DNA of 64,000 nt from Clostridiales bacterium. GTDB taxonomy: Bacteria > Bacillota > Clostridia > Oscillospirales > CAG-382. The notes below the pieces were generated by a model. That model had not been told where the DNA came from. It did not search any database and was given only the letters and a program-made list of their open reading frames with translations. Shown here in pieces: positions 8,932-17,570 of the stretch. Within the stretch, counting starts at the first letter, position 1. Each line of letters starts with the position of its first letter. Location of the stretch: contig SFLA01000001.1 in the NCBI GenBank assembly GCA_004553575.1, positions 30,521 to 94,520 on the forward strand, given 5' to 3'. A program made the translations under genes and the position numbers.

Positions 8932-10752
8932 ATGGGAATAATCAATCTGCTCAGCGCCGAGACCGCCAACATGATCGCCGCAGGCGAGGTGGTGGACCGC
9001 CCGGCGTCGGCTCTTAAGGAGCTTATCGAAAACTCGGTGGATGCCGGCGCGACCCGGATATCCGTTGAAATACGGGGCGGCGGCACGGCAATGCTGAGGG
9101 TTATCGACAACGGCAGCGGGATTTCACGGGACGACCTGCCGAAGACGATACTGCGTCACGCCACCAGTAAAATACGCACGGGAAGCGACCTCGACGGCGT
9201 GCTTACGCTCGGATTCCGGGGCGAAGCGCTTGCCGCCCTGTCGTCGGTGTCCCGGCTTACCATAACCACCCGCCGCCGGGAGGATCCCGAAGGGACCTGT
9301 CTAGTTTCGGACGAAAACGGGGTCGAGCTGCGGCCCTGCGCTTCGCCTGACGGAACCGCGGTCTGCGCGGAGTCGCTGTTCTATAACCAGCCCGCACGCC
9401 GCAAATTCATGAAAAAAGACGTTACCGAATGCGCCGCCTGCGTTTCCGCGGCGGAAAAAGAAGCGCTTTCCCACCCGGAGATTGCCTTTACCGTGACCGC
9501 CGACGGAGAAAAACGGTTCAACACCTCCGGCGACGGCGACCCCGCGTCCGCCGTATACGCCGTATACGGCAGAGAGTTCGCATCCTCGCTGATACCGGTT
9601 TCCGGGTCGTCGGACGGGATAACGGTAAGCGGCTTTGTGTCACGTCCGGACTTCCCGGCAGGCTCCAGACGTAAGCAGGTGTTTTTCGTAAACAGACGTC
9701 TGGTGCAGAACAAAACCTTAACCGCCGCCCTCGAGCGCGGATTCGAGAGCTATATCCCGCGCGGCAAGTTCCCGTCCGCGGTGCTGTATATAACCGTCGA
9801 TCCGCTTTCGGTGGACGTGAACGTCCATCCCGCAAAGCTGGAGATAAAGTTTTCGGATGAGCGCAGGGTTTTCGAAGCGGTTTACTGCGCGGTCCGCGGT
9901 GCTCTTACCGCGCCCGTATCCTCCCCGGTTTCGGAGCGGAAGAGCTTTTCCGCCCCCGCGGCTGCTTACCGCATGCCCGAATACGTATTCGAATCCGAAG
10001 AAAACGCGCCTCTGCCCCTGAGCGAGGTTATATTACGGTCGGGAATAACCGTCCCGGAGCGGACGGATACGGTTCCGCCGCCTTCCGAGCCGGCGCCCGA
10101 AGAGCCCGTGTCTGCCGGACCCAAGCCCGCTGCGCCCGCATTTTCGCCGCGGGCGGCGGTAAACATGACGGTTCCGGGCAGCGAAAAGCCGGAATTCAGA
10201 TATGCGGGCAGTCTGTGGAATACATATGTGCTCGCCGAGACCGCCGATTCACTGCTGATTATCGACAAGCACGCCGCGCACGAACGTCTGATATACGAAC
10301 GTATGCGCAGAGGACGCGAGGGGAATTCGCAGGAGCTTATTACCGGAATACCGGTCACCGTCGGCACCGCCGAGGCGGCTGCGGCGGAGAGCGGCAATGA
10401 GCTGCTGCGGGAATACGGCTATGTCTGCGAAAGCTTCGGAAGCGATACGGTAATACTACGGGCAGTTCCGTCGGCAGTTGCTGGAACCGAACAGGAAACG
10501 GCGCTGTTCGTCGCCTTATGTGAGGCGCTCGCCGAGGGAAGCGCCGTCCCGCTGACCGAGCGGTGCGACCGCGCGGTTTACACCGCCGCATGTAAAGCGG
10601 CGGTAAAGGCAAACACACCCGCCGGGAGAGAAGAGGACGAGGCTCTCGTTTCGGAGCTGCTCTCGAATCCGGGAGCGAGGTACTGCCCTCACGGCAGACC
10701 GGTTATTCACGAAATAAAAAAGACCGGCATAGACCGGTTCTTTGACAGATAG
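8932..10752 (+). CDS. mutL: DNA mismatch repair protein MutL
   Basis: GHKL ATPase motifs (ELIENSVDAGA, DNGSGI, GFRGEAL) and a C-terminal dimerisation domain. Starts immediately after the mutS stop. Confidence 0.95.
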   Translation: MGIINLLSAETANMIAAGEVVDRPASALKELIENSVDAGATRISVEIRGGGTAMLRVIDNGSGISRDDLPKTILRHATSKIRTGSDLDGVLTLGFRGEALAALSSVSRLTITTRRREDPEGTCLVSDENGVELRPCASPDGTAVCAESLFYNQPARRKFMKKDVTECAACVSAAEKEALSHPEIAFTVTADGEKRFNTSGDGDPASAVYAVYGREFASSLIPVSGSSDGITVSGFVSRPDFPAGSRRKQVFFVNRRLVQNKTLTAALERGFESYIPRGKFPSAVLYITVDPLSVDVNVHPAKLEIKFSDERRVFEAVYCAVRGALTAPVSSPVSERKSFSAPAAAYRMPEYVFESEENAPLPLSEVILRSGITVPERTDTVPPPSEPAPEEPVSAGPKPAAPAFSPRAAVNMTVPGSEKPEFRYAGSLWNTYVLAETADSLLIIDKHAAHERLIYERMRRGREGNSQELITGIPVTVGTAEAAAAESGNELLREYGYVCESFGSDTVILRAVPSAVAGTEQETALFVALCEALAEGSAVPLTERCDRAVYTAACKAAVKANTPAGREEDEALVSELLSNPGARYCPHGRPVIHEIKKTGIDRFFDR

Positions 10753-10762
10753 GAACATAAAT

Positions 10763-11902
10763 ATGTCGAATTTCAGGCTTATCGCGACCGAGGGCAGCGC
10801 CCGGCGCGGCGTATTATCCACGGTGCACGGCGACATTCAGACTCCGGTTTTTATGAATGTCGGAACCTCCGCTGCAATAAAGGGCGGGGTTTCCACCTTC
10901 GACCTGCGGGAAATCAACTGCCAGGTCGAGCTTTCAAATACCTATCATCTTCACGTCCGTCCGGGTGAGGACGTCGTGTACGCGCTGGGCGGAATACACC
11001 GCTTTTTCAACTGGGACAAGCCGGTTCTTACCGACAGCGGAGGATTTCAGGTGTTTTCGCTCGCGCATCTGCGCAATATCAGGGAGGAAGGCGTTACCTT
11101 CCAGTCGCATATGGACGGCGCAAAGATTTTCATGTCGCCGGAAACTTCGATGTATATTCAGTCCCGCCTTGCCTCAACGATAGCGATGGCGTTCGACGAA
11201 TGTCCGTCGTCGGTCGCCGAACGGTCGTATATCCGTCAGAGCTGCGATCGCACCGTCCGCTGGCTCTACCGCTGCCGCGATGAGCTGAACAGACTGAACG
11301 GACTTGAAGAAACGATAAACCGTTCACAGCTCCTGTTCGGAATAAACCAGGGCGGTGTATACACCGATATACGGCGGGAGCATATGGAACGCATACGCGA
11401 GCTTGATCTTCCCGGTTATGCGATAGGCGGGCTGGCGGTAGGAGAGAAAACCGAGGTTATGTACGAGGTTATATCTCAGGTCGAGCGGTATATGCCGTCC
11501 GACCGTCCGCGCTATCTTATGGGAGTCGGCACCCCCGTGAACATACTCGAATCGGTCGCCCGCGGAATAGATTTCTTCGACTGCGTAATGCCTTCGCGCA
11601 ATGCGCGGCACGGCAATCTGTTTACCTCTCAGGGGCTTATGAACCTGAACAACAACAAATATCTCACCGACGACCGTCCCATAGACCCGAACTGCGGCTG
11701 CGAGGTCTGCCGCCGGTATTCGCGTGCGTATATCCGCCATCTGTTCAAGGCGAGAGAGCTGCTCGGAATGCGCCTGTGCGTGCTGCACAACCTGTATTTC
11801 TATAACGACCTTATGAGGCAGATACGCGAGCATATAGAGGACGGCAGCTTCACCGAATGGAAGAACAGACAAATACCGGTGCTCGGCGGCAGAGCGGAAT
11901 GA
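10763..11902 (+). CDS. tgt: queuine tRNA-ribosyltransferase
   Basis: TPVFMNVGT, TDSGGFQV, GLAVGE, and a Zn site CGCEVC...H. ATG 10763 lies just after the mutL stop (10752). Confidence 0.9.
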   Translation: MSNFRLIATEGSARRGVLSTVHGDIQTPVFMNVGTSAAIKGGVSTFDLREINCQVELSNTYHLHVRPGEDVVYALGGIHRFFNWDKPVLTDSGGFQVFSLAHLRNIREEGVTFQSHMDGAKIFMSPETSMYIQSRLASTIAMAFDECPSSVAERSYIRQSCDRTVRWLYRCRDELNRLNGLEETINRSQLLFGINQGGVYTDIRREHMERIRELDLPGYAIGGLAVGEKTEVMYEVISQVERYMPSDRPRYLMGVGTPVNILESVARGIDFFDCVMPSRNARHGNLFTSQGLMNLNNNKYLTDDRPIDPNCGCEVCRRYSRAYIRHLFKARELLGMRLCVLHNLYFYNDLMRQIREHIEDGSFTEWKNRQIPVLGGRAE

Positions 11903-11927
11903 CACATACATATTCGGAATATAAAAA

Positions 11928-11953
11928 AGAAGGCTTTGCAGGGAAAAGCCTTC
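11928..11953. terminator. bidirectional rho-independent terminator between tgt and proS
   Basis: AGAAGGCTTT-gcaggga-AAAGCCTTCT hairpin flanked by an A-run on the left and TTT on the right. Confidence 0.7.
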
Positions 11954-11967
11954 TTTGATGTAGACGT

Positions 11968-13689
11968 TTATTCCGAAATCTGCGATCTGCAGTATTCCAC
12001 AGCCGCGAGTATTTCCCCGACCGCGGCTTCCGAAGGGACGTTTTTCTTTACGGACTTGTCGCGTGTGGCGATCTCCACCTCGCCGGCGGCGAGATTCTTC
12101 GGGCTTACGACCGCTCTTACCGGGACTCCGAGCAGATCGGCGTCCGAGAACATAAAGCCCGCCGACACCTGACGGTCGTCGTACAGCACCTCTATACCGC
12201 GGCGCTCGAGCTCGGCCACCAGAGCCTCTGCAGCCTGACGCACGCCGCTCTCCTCCGAGCGGAGCGCGCACACCTCGACCTGCCACGGCGCAACCGATAT
12301 CGGCCATACCGGTCCGAATTCGTCGCGGCTCTCCTGGCATATACAGGCGCAAAGCCTGCCGATACCGATACCGTAGCATCCCATTACCGGCACCTTCTCC
12401 CTGCCGTCTGCGTCGAGATAGGTAAGTCCCATGGGCTCGGAATACTTTGTTCCGAGCTGGAATATGTTTCCGATCTCCACGCCCTTTTTGATTTTAAGCG
12501 AATGTCTGCCGCATACCGGGCATATACCGTCCTTGACGGCCTTTGCCACCGAAGCGTACTCCGCGCCGGGAAGATCCCTCTCCGGTTCGAAGCCGGTAAG
12601 GTGATACCCCTCGCGGTTGGCGCCGCAGATAAGATCGCGCGCACCGCAGAGCGAACGGTCGTACACGACGGTAACCTTGTCGCCGATGCCGACAGGACCT
12701 ATAAACCCGGGCGTGAGAAGCTCCTCGTCGATATCCGCTGCGGGATGAACATCCCTGCCGAGCAGGTTGCGGAGCTTGGTCTCGTTCACCTCGAGATCGC
12801 CGCGCAGAAACACCACGATATGTCCGTCGTCATCGTTGTAGCGGTAAACCACCGCCTTGCAGAAGGTCCTGGCCTTTCTGCCGGTCAGACGCGAAAGCTC
12901 CTCTATCGTTTTACAGCCGGGTGTGGCAAGCTCCGCAAGCGGAGCGGACGGCCTGTCCTCGTTTACGGTTACACAGTCAGCCGCCTCCATGTTGGAGCGG
13001 TAATCGCAGTCGGAACAGATAACGAGAGTATCCTCGCCTATATCGGTAAGGAGCATGAACTCGTGGCTTACACTGCCTCCCATCATACCGGAATCGGATT
13101 TGACGACGACGACATTTTTAAGCCCGACGCGGCGGAATATACGCTCGTAAGCGGCATATACGCGGCTGTAATACTCCTCGAGATCCTCCTGCGAGGTATG
13201 GAAGGAGTATGCGTCCTTCATTCTGAATTCGCGCACACGGATAAGACCGCCGCGGGCGCGAGGCTCGTCGCGGAACTTTGTCTGTATCTGGTAGATCATG
13301 AACGGATATTTGGCATACGACTGCGCGGCGTCCCGCACGAGCTGGACCGCGGCCTCCTCGTGAGTCATGCCCAGCACAAGGTCGTTTCCGCCCCTGTCCT
13401 TGAACCGTGCCATCTCGGAACCGATACTGTCGTACCTGCCGGATTCGCGCCAGAGCGACGCGGGCATTACCACCGGAAACAGTACCTCCTGTCCGTCAAC
13501 GGCGTCCATCTCCTGACGGATTATGTTCTCTATCTTATTCATAATGCGCTGGGCGGGGGTATAAAGCGAATAAATGCCGCTGCCGACCTGCTTTATATAA
13601 CCGCCGCGCACCATAAGCGCCTGGCTCTCGACTATACAGTCGGACGGCGCGTGCTTGAAACGCTCGCCGATCAATGCGGATACTTTCAT
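11968..13689 (-). CDS. proS: prolyl-tRNA synthetase (bacterial type with editing insertion)
   Basis: 573 aa. Class II motifs (FRDEPRARGGLIRVREF, GCYGIGIGR), an INS editing domain in the middle and a C-terminal anticodon-binding domain. Confidence 0.9.
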   Translation of the reverse strand: MKVSALIGERFKHAPSDCIVESQALMVRGGYIKQVGSGIYSLYTPAQRIMNKIENIIRQEMDAVDGQEVLFPVVMPASLWRESGRYDSIGSEMARFKDRGGNDLVLGMTHEEAAVQLVRDAAQSYAKYPFMIYQIQTKFRDEPRARGGLIRVREFRMKDAYSFHTSQEDLEEYYSRVYAAYERIFRRVGLKNVVVVKSDSGMMGGSVSHEFMLLTDIGEDTLVICSDCDYRSNMEAADCVTVNEDRPSAPLAELATPGCKTIEELSRLTGRKARTFCKAVVYRYNDDDGHIVVFLRGDLEVNETKLRNLLGRDVHPAADIDEELLTPGFIGPVGIGDKVTVVYDRSLCGARDLICGANREGYHLTGFEPERDLPGAEYASVAKAVKDGICPVCGRHSLKIKKGVEIGNIFQLGTKYSEPMGLTYLDADGREKVPVMGCYGIGIGRLCACICQESRDEFGPVWPISVAPWQVEVCALRSEESGVRQAAEALVAELERRGIEVLYDDRQVSAGFMFSDADLLGVPVRAVVSPKNLAAGEVEIATRDKSVKKNVPSEAAVGEILAAVEYCRSQISE

Positions 13690-13790
13690 GATATTTTACT
13701 CCTTTGGAGATAAATGACAGTCAAAACCCTTAAAAAACCGTTATTTCACGCTCATACGCGCCCGAAGGGGTGTTTTTTTGCATTGCGGTC

Positions 13791-13819
13791 TTGAAATTTT
13801 AACATACATAGTTTATAAT
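13791..13819 (+). promoter_or_regulatory. sigma-70-type promoter for the surface-protein gene
   Basis: TTGAAA (13791-13796), 17-nt spacer, TATAAT (13814-13819). GGAGGG RBS sits 7 nt before ATG 13917. Confidence 0.5.
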
Positions 13820-13841
13820 AGCCTTTACTGCCTCGGCACCA

Positions 13842-13870
13842 AGTATAACAAATCGCAGGAGCAAAGTCAA
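13842..13870 (-). promoter_or_regulatory. sigma-70-type promoter for proS
   Basis: On the minus strand: TTGACT (13870-13865), 17-nt spacer, TATACT (13847-13842). Confidence 0.5.
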
Positions 13871-13916
13871 GCGCCGTCGCAGGTCCTGCAACCACTTTTT
13901 TACGGAGGGAACATAT

Positions 13917-16169
13917 ATGAAAAAACGCAGACTGCTCGCCGTTGTTACGGCGGCGATACTGCTGCTTGCTTTAATACCGCAGGCTGTGCTCGCCGATCCG
14001 ACCGATCCCGGCACATCCGACGACGTCCCGACGGAGGTAAGCGAAACTTCCGGCACCGCCGAATCGTTTACCGTAACCGTGGCATGCTCCGCGGGCGGCG
14101 GATACTCGGTTTCCGGCAACGACGGGGGAAGACCCAGCCAGCACCAGTACTATTTCTTCAGCGGAGACACCGCGACCATAACCCTTAAGCCGCAGAGCGG
14201 ATACGAGATCGCCTCGGTCACCGTCGGAGGCAGCCCCGTTACCCCGACCGACGGAGTTATATCCTTCACGGTCAGCTCGGATGTTACGGTCGCCATTACC
14301 TATTCCGAAATACATATAGAGACCCATACCGTCTCCGTAACCGTGGTTGACGGCTCCGGAGCGCCGGTGGACGGCGCGGTTATAACCGTAAACGGCGCCG
14401 AGGTTTCCGGAAGCACGGATATCGCAGACGGCACCTCGATAACCGTCGCCTTCGCGGCAAAGCCCGGTTACGAGCTGGTAAAGACAAAAATGATTGTAGG
14501 CGGGGTCGAGCTTAACTGCACCAACCCCTATTCGACCGATCTTGACGGCGACATCACCTTCAAGGCCGTGGTAAACGAAATCGAGACCTATAACGCGGAA
14601 GTAACGGTCGGGGAAAACGGTTACCTTATGATAAACGGAATCTCCGTTACCGAATCCGGCACCGTGCTTATTCCGCAGAGCGGCGAGACCGTGATAACCC
14701 CCGTCCCGGCGGAGGGCTATATGCTGTCGTCGCTGACAGTCAACGGACACGAGGTTCCGGCAGGCTATTCCTTCACACCCGACGGCGACTGCACGATAGA
14801 GGTCAGCTTCGAGGTCGAGAAGGTTTACTGCAAGATCACCCTTTCGGCGGGCACCGGCGGTTCGATAACCGTTAAGGACAACGCCTACGAGATCGACGGC
14901 CGCTATGTATACGTGCCGCAGGGCGAAAGCATAACCTTCGTGTTCAAGCCCAATGTCAATTACGAGCTTAATACCGTAAAGGTGAGCGGAAAGACCGTAA
15001 CCGTTTCCGACGGCGAATACACGCTTGAATGCACCGAAACCGCCGCGACCGTGTCCGCGACCTTCAAAAGCGTCGGCGGAGACGAGCCCACGGTATACAC
15101 CATAACCGCTTACGCAGGCACCGGCGGTTCGATATCGCCGAGCGGTACCAACACGGTGGACGAGGGTGATTCCTTAACCTTCACCGTAACCGCTTCCGAG
15201 GGCTACGAGATATACTCCGTTCAGGTCAACGGCGAGGACGTCACTCTGTCCGGAGGCACCTACACCTTCAAAAACGTATCTGCCAACGCAGTGATATCCG
15301 CCTCGTTCAGGAAGAAGGCCACCTCCGACACCGCAAATCCGATAACGGTCGACGATATCGATTGGACGACCGACAAGATAACCATAGACGTAAGCGTTAA
15401 GCCGAATATAGAAAAAGCGGTGTTTGACTATGCGGCGCAGAACTTCCCCGAAAAGAACATAGTTATATCCGATACAGAATTCACTCTCACCATTCCCGCG
15501 GGAAGCGGATTTTCGGTCAGCGGAAACACCGTATCCTTCGATTTTTCCCGCAACGGCGGCAGTAATTTCCTTTCCATTCAGGACGCGGTGGCGATAGAAT
15601 ATCCCGACGCGGCGTTTTCGGTCATTTCCTGCTCGGCTCCCACCCTTCCGGCGGGCACCGTGCTCGACATATACCTGGGCTCCGATTTTTCAGGATATTC
15701 GCTGCTCCCCCTCTCGTATGCGGGCGGCAATCTGACGGTGTTCGGCGACGCGGTTGACGCCGACGACAAGGGATGGGTATCCGTGCCCTACTCCAACCAG
15801 ACCGACCTCGTACTGGTCGAGACCGAGAGCGATAAATTCACCCTTATCGTTACCTACAACACCGAGGGCGGAACCGTCGATCCCAGCGGCACCGTAAAGG
15901 TCGCCCCGGGCGAAACAAAGACATTTACCATAACCCCGAACGAAGGCTATAAGCTGTCCTCCTTCACCGTGGACGGAACGGATATGACCGGCAGCGCCGT
16001 TGACGGCGTATACAGCGTCGTTATGGACGCGGATCACACCGTAACTGTAGTCTTTACCGCTGTATCCTCCGGCAATGCCGGGCTGGTTGTTGCTCTCGTA
16101 ATAATCGCGCTGGCGATTATCGGCGGAGCCGCGCTGTTCGTGGTAAAATGGAGAAAGAACCAGTTCTGA
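13917..16169 (+). CDS. tail-anchored cell-surface protein with ~6 divergent InlB-B-type repeats
   Basis: Signal peptide MKKRRLLAVVTAAILLLALIPQAVLA. Repeated ~75-85-aa modules ending in ...GY(E/K)L..V.V(N/G)G......Y.F....D.T..V.F. C-terminal TM LVVALVIIALAIIGGAALFVV followed by KWRKNQF. No LPXTG motif. Confidence 0.7.
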   Translation: MKKRRLLAVVTAAILLLALIPQAVLADPTDPGTSDDVPTEVSETSGTAESFTVTVACSAGGGYSVSGNDGGRPSQHQYYFFSGDTATITLKPQSGYEIASVTVGGSPVTPTDGVISFTVSSDVTVAITYSEIHIETHTVSVTVVDGSGAPVDGAVITVNGAEVSGSTDIADGTSITVAFAAKPGYELVKTKMIVGGVELNCTNPYSTDLDGDITFKAVVNEIETYNAEVTVGENGYLMINGISVTESGTVLIPQSGETVITPVPAEGYMLSSLTVNGHEVPAGYSFTPDGDCTIEVSFEVEKVYCKITLSAGTGGSITVKDNAYEIDGRYVYVPQGESITFVFKPNVNYELNTVKVSGKTVTVSDGEYTLECTETAATVSATFKSVGGDEPTVYTITAYAGTGGSISPSGTNTVDEGDSLTFTVTASEGYEIYSVQVNGEDVTLSGGTYTFKNVSANAVISASFRKKATSDTANPITVDDIDWTTDKITIDVSVKPNIEKAVFDYAAQNFPEKNIVISDTEFTLTIPAGSGFSVSGNTVSFDFSRNGGSNFLSIQDAVAIEYPDAAFSVISCSAPTLPAGTVLDIYLGSDFSGYSLLPLSYAGGNLTVFGDAVDADDKGWVSVPYSNQTDLVLVETESDKFTLIVTYNTEGGTVDPSGTVKVAPGETKTFTITPNEGYKLSSFTVDGTDMTGSAVDGVYSVVMDADHTVTVVFTAVSSGNAGLVVALVIIALAIIGGAALFVVKWRKNQF

Positions 16170-16195
16170 TAATACGAACCGATATACCCGATTTT

Positions 16196-16234
16196 CCCCT
16201 GCAGACATACCTTGTCTGCGGGGGAAGCCTTTTT
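16196..16234 (+). terminator. rho-independent terminator after the surface-protein gene
   Basis: CCCCTGCAGAC-atacctt-GTCTGCGGGGG hairpin followed by a T5 run shortly downstream. Confidence 0.6.
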
Positions 16235-16296
16235 GAACGACCGCGCAAATGCGCCTGTATACGACCTTTTAAAACCGATTATATGCCGCCGTATTA

Positions 16297-16325
16297 TTGA
16301 CACGACGGCATTTATTTGTTATACT
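16297..16325 (+). promoter_or_regulatory. sigma-70-type promoter of the 16.3-29.6 kb operon
   Basis: TTGACA (16297-16302), 17-nt spacer, TATACT (16320-16325). Confidence 0.55.
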
Positions 16326-16340
16326 TGACAATGAGATTTT

Positions 16341-17570
16341 ATGCGGAACGGGGGCAATTTCGCTGTGAATGACTTCGGTCTTACGGACATACTCAGAGCT
16401 GTGGTCAGCGGCGGCGAAGCCGCTTTGCCTTCCGATACTTACGGCTGGGAGGAGCTGTACGACATGGCCGCGGCTCATTCGCTGCTTCCGGTCGTGTTCG
16501 CCGAGGCGGCGGACAAGCCCCGGTTCCTGGAGCTCGACGGGGCTCACCGTGCACGCTGGCGCGCCGATTCGCTTGCCGTGATAAGCGAGCAAACCAGGCG
16601 TACCGCCGAATATTCGCTTATAATACCGAGACTCGAAGCGTCCGGGATCCCGTATGTGCACGTGAAAGGCCTGATCTGCCGGTCTCTGTACCCGATTCCC
16701 GATTCCAGGTATTCCGGAGACGAGGACATTCTGGTGTCCGCCGAGCATGCGGAGGAATGCCGGAGGATATTCGAGGACTGCGGCATGGTTGCCGTCGGCC
16801 GTACCGACAGTTCGGTACTCACCTGGCTCGACCGGCGAAGCGGACTGCGTATCGAGCTTCATGCGGGAGAACTTTTCGCCGGGGGAATACTCGCAGAGTA
16901 TAACCGTTATTTCGTATCCATGCTCGATCGCCGAAAGCAGTATTCCGCATGCGGGATTACCCTTTCGACCCTGCCGGAGACCGTTCATCTGCTTTACCTC
17001 CTGCTGCATGCCTACAAGCATTTTCTCGGACCCGGGTTCGGTCTCAGGCAGATAACCGACATTTCGCTCTTTGCAAAGACCTTTGACGGCGTTATTGACT
17101 GGGACGGGCTTCTTATTCCGGTGGCAGGCACCCCGGCAGAGCGGTTCTGCCGCGCCGTTATCACCGTCTGTGTGAAAAAGACCGGGCTTACCGGCGGAGC
17201 GGAATCGATTGCGGACGAGCGCATATGCGCCGAGCTTTATTCGGACATACTCGATTCCGGTGTTTTCGGAAGATCCTCGCTGTCGAGAGCGCACTCCGCG
17301 GGAATGACCGTGTCCGCGTCGCTTTCAACGGGAAGTCCGCTGCTGTGTACGCTGTTCCCGCCTCTTTCGGCAATGCGCAAGCGGTACGCGTTTGTTGACA
17401 AATGCCCTTTTCTGCTCCCAGTGGGCTGGATATACAGAATGCTGTGCTATGCGGTGGAAATACACGCCGACCGCAGGCGCGGCACCGACAATTCCGCCGG
17501 AAAGAGCCTTAAACTCGGCAGGGCGAGAGTGAAAATGATGAGAAAATATGGATTTATCGACCGGAAGTAA
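16341..17570 (+). CDS. uncharacterised nucleotidyltransferase-family protein (PF14907/NTP_transf_5-like)
   Basis: 409 aa. An N-terminal ~120 aa precedes ...IPYVHVKGLICRSLYPIPDSRYSGDEDILV (G..D.D nucleotidyltransferase-fold signature). No TM segments. The start is uncertain: ATG 16341 has a weak RBS and GTG 16365 is an alternative. Confidence 0.55.
   Translation: MRNGGNFAVNDFGLTDILRAVVSGGEAALPSDTYGWEELYDMAAAHSLLPVVFAEAADKPRFLELDGAHRARWRADSLAVISEQTRRTAEYSLIIPRLEASGIPYVHVKGLICRSLYPIPDSRYSGDEDILVSAEHAEECRRIFEDCGMVAVGRTDSSVLTWLDRRSGLRIELHAGELFAGGILAEYNRYFVSMLDRRKQYSACGITLSTLPETVHLLYLLLHAYKHFLGPGFGLRQITDISLFAKTFDGVIDWDGLLIPVAGTPAERFCRAVITVCVKKTGLTGGAESIADERICAELYSDILDSGVFGRSSLSRAHSAGMTVSASLSTGSPLLCTLFPPLSAMRKRYAFVDKCPFLLPVGWIYRMLCYAVEIHADRRRGTDNSAGKSLKLGRARVKMMRKYGFIDRK

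Noticed and set aside
12502-13713. Large ORFs antisense to confirmed genes: 12502-13713 (+) opposite proS, 36139-37530 (-) opposite atpG/atpD, 42467-43648 (+) and 43918-45030 (+) opposite the AOS and ligase genes, 23301-24509 (-), 24592-25839 (-), 50205-51581 (+), 62664-63992 (-), 11324-12379 (-).
   Set aside because: - Each mirrors a strongly supported gene on the other strand.
- They show low-complexity R/G/A/V/H-rich composition with no recognisable motif, start context or RBS.
- This pattern is expected for shadow ORFs in GC-rich genomes.
13757-13781. Small hairpin (CGCCC-gaag-GGGTG) followed by T7 on the plus strand, resembling a terminator.
   Set aside because: - No plus-strand gene lies upstream; only the antisense of proS does.
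- The stem is about 5 bp including a wobble pair.
- It could stop antisense read-through or be part of the proS leader. The evidence is too weak to call it a feature.
13690-13841. Possible T-box leader upstream of proS, as aminoacyl-tRNA synthetase genes in Firmicutes often have.
   Set aside because: - The leader is only ~150 nt.
- I could not find the conserved T-box sequence (AGGGTGGNACCGCG-like), a specifier-loop or AG-bay arrangement, or a terminator/antiterminator pair on the minus strand.
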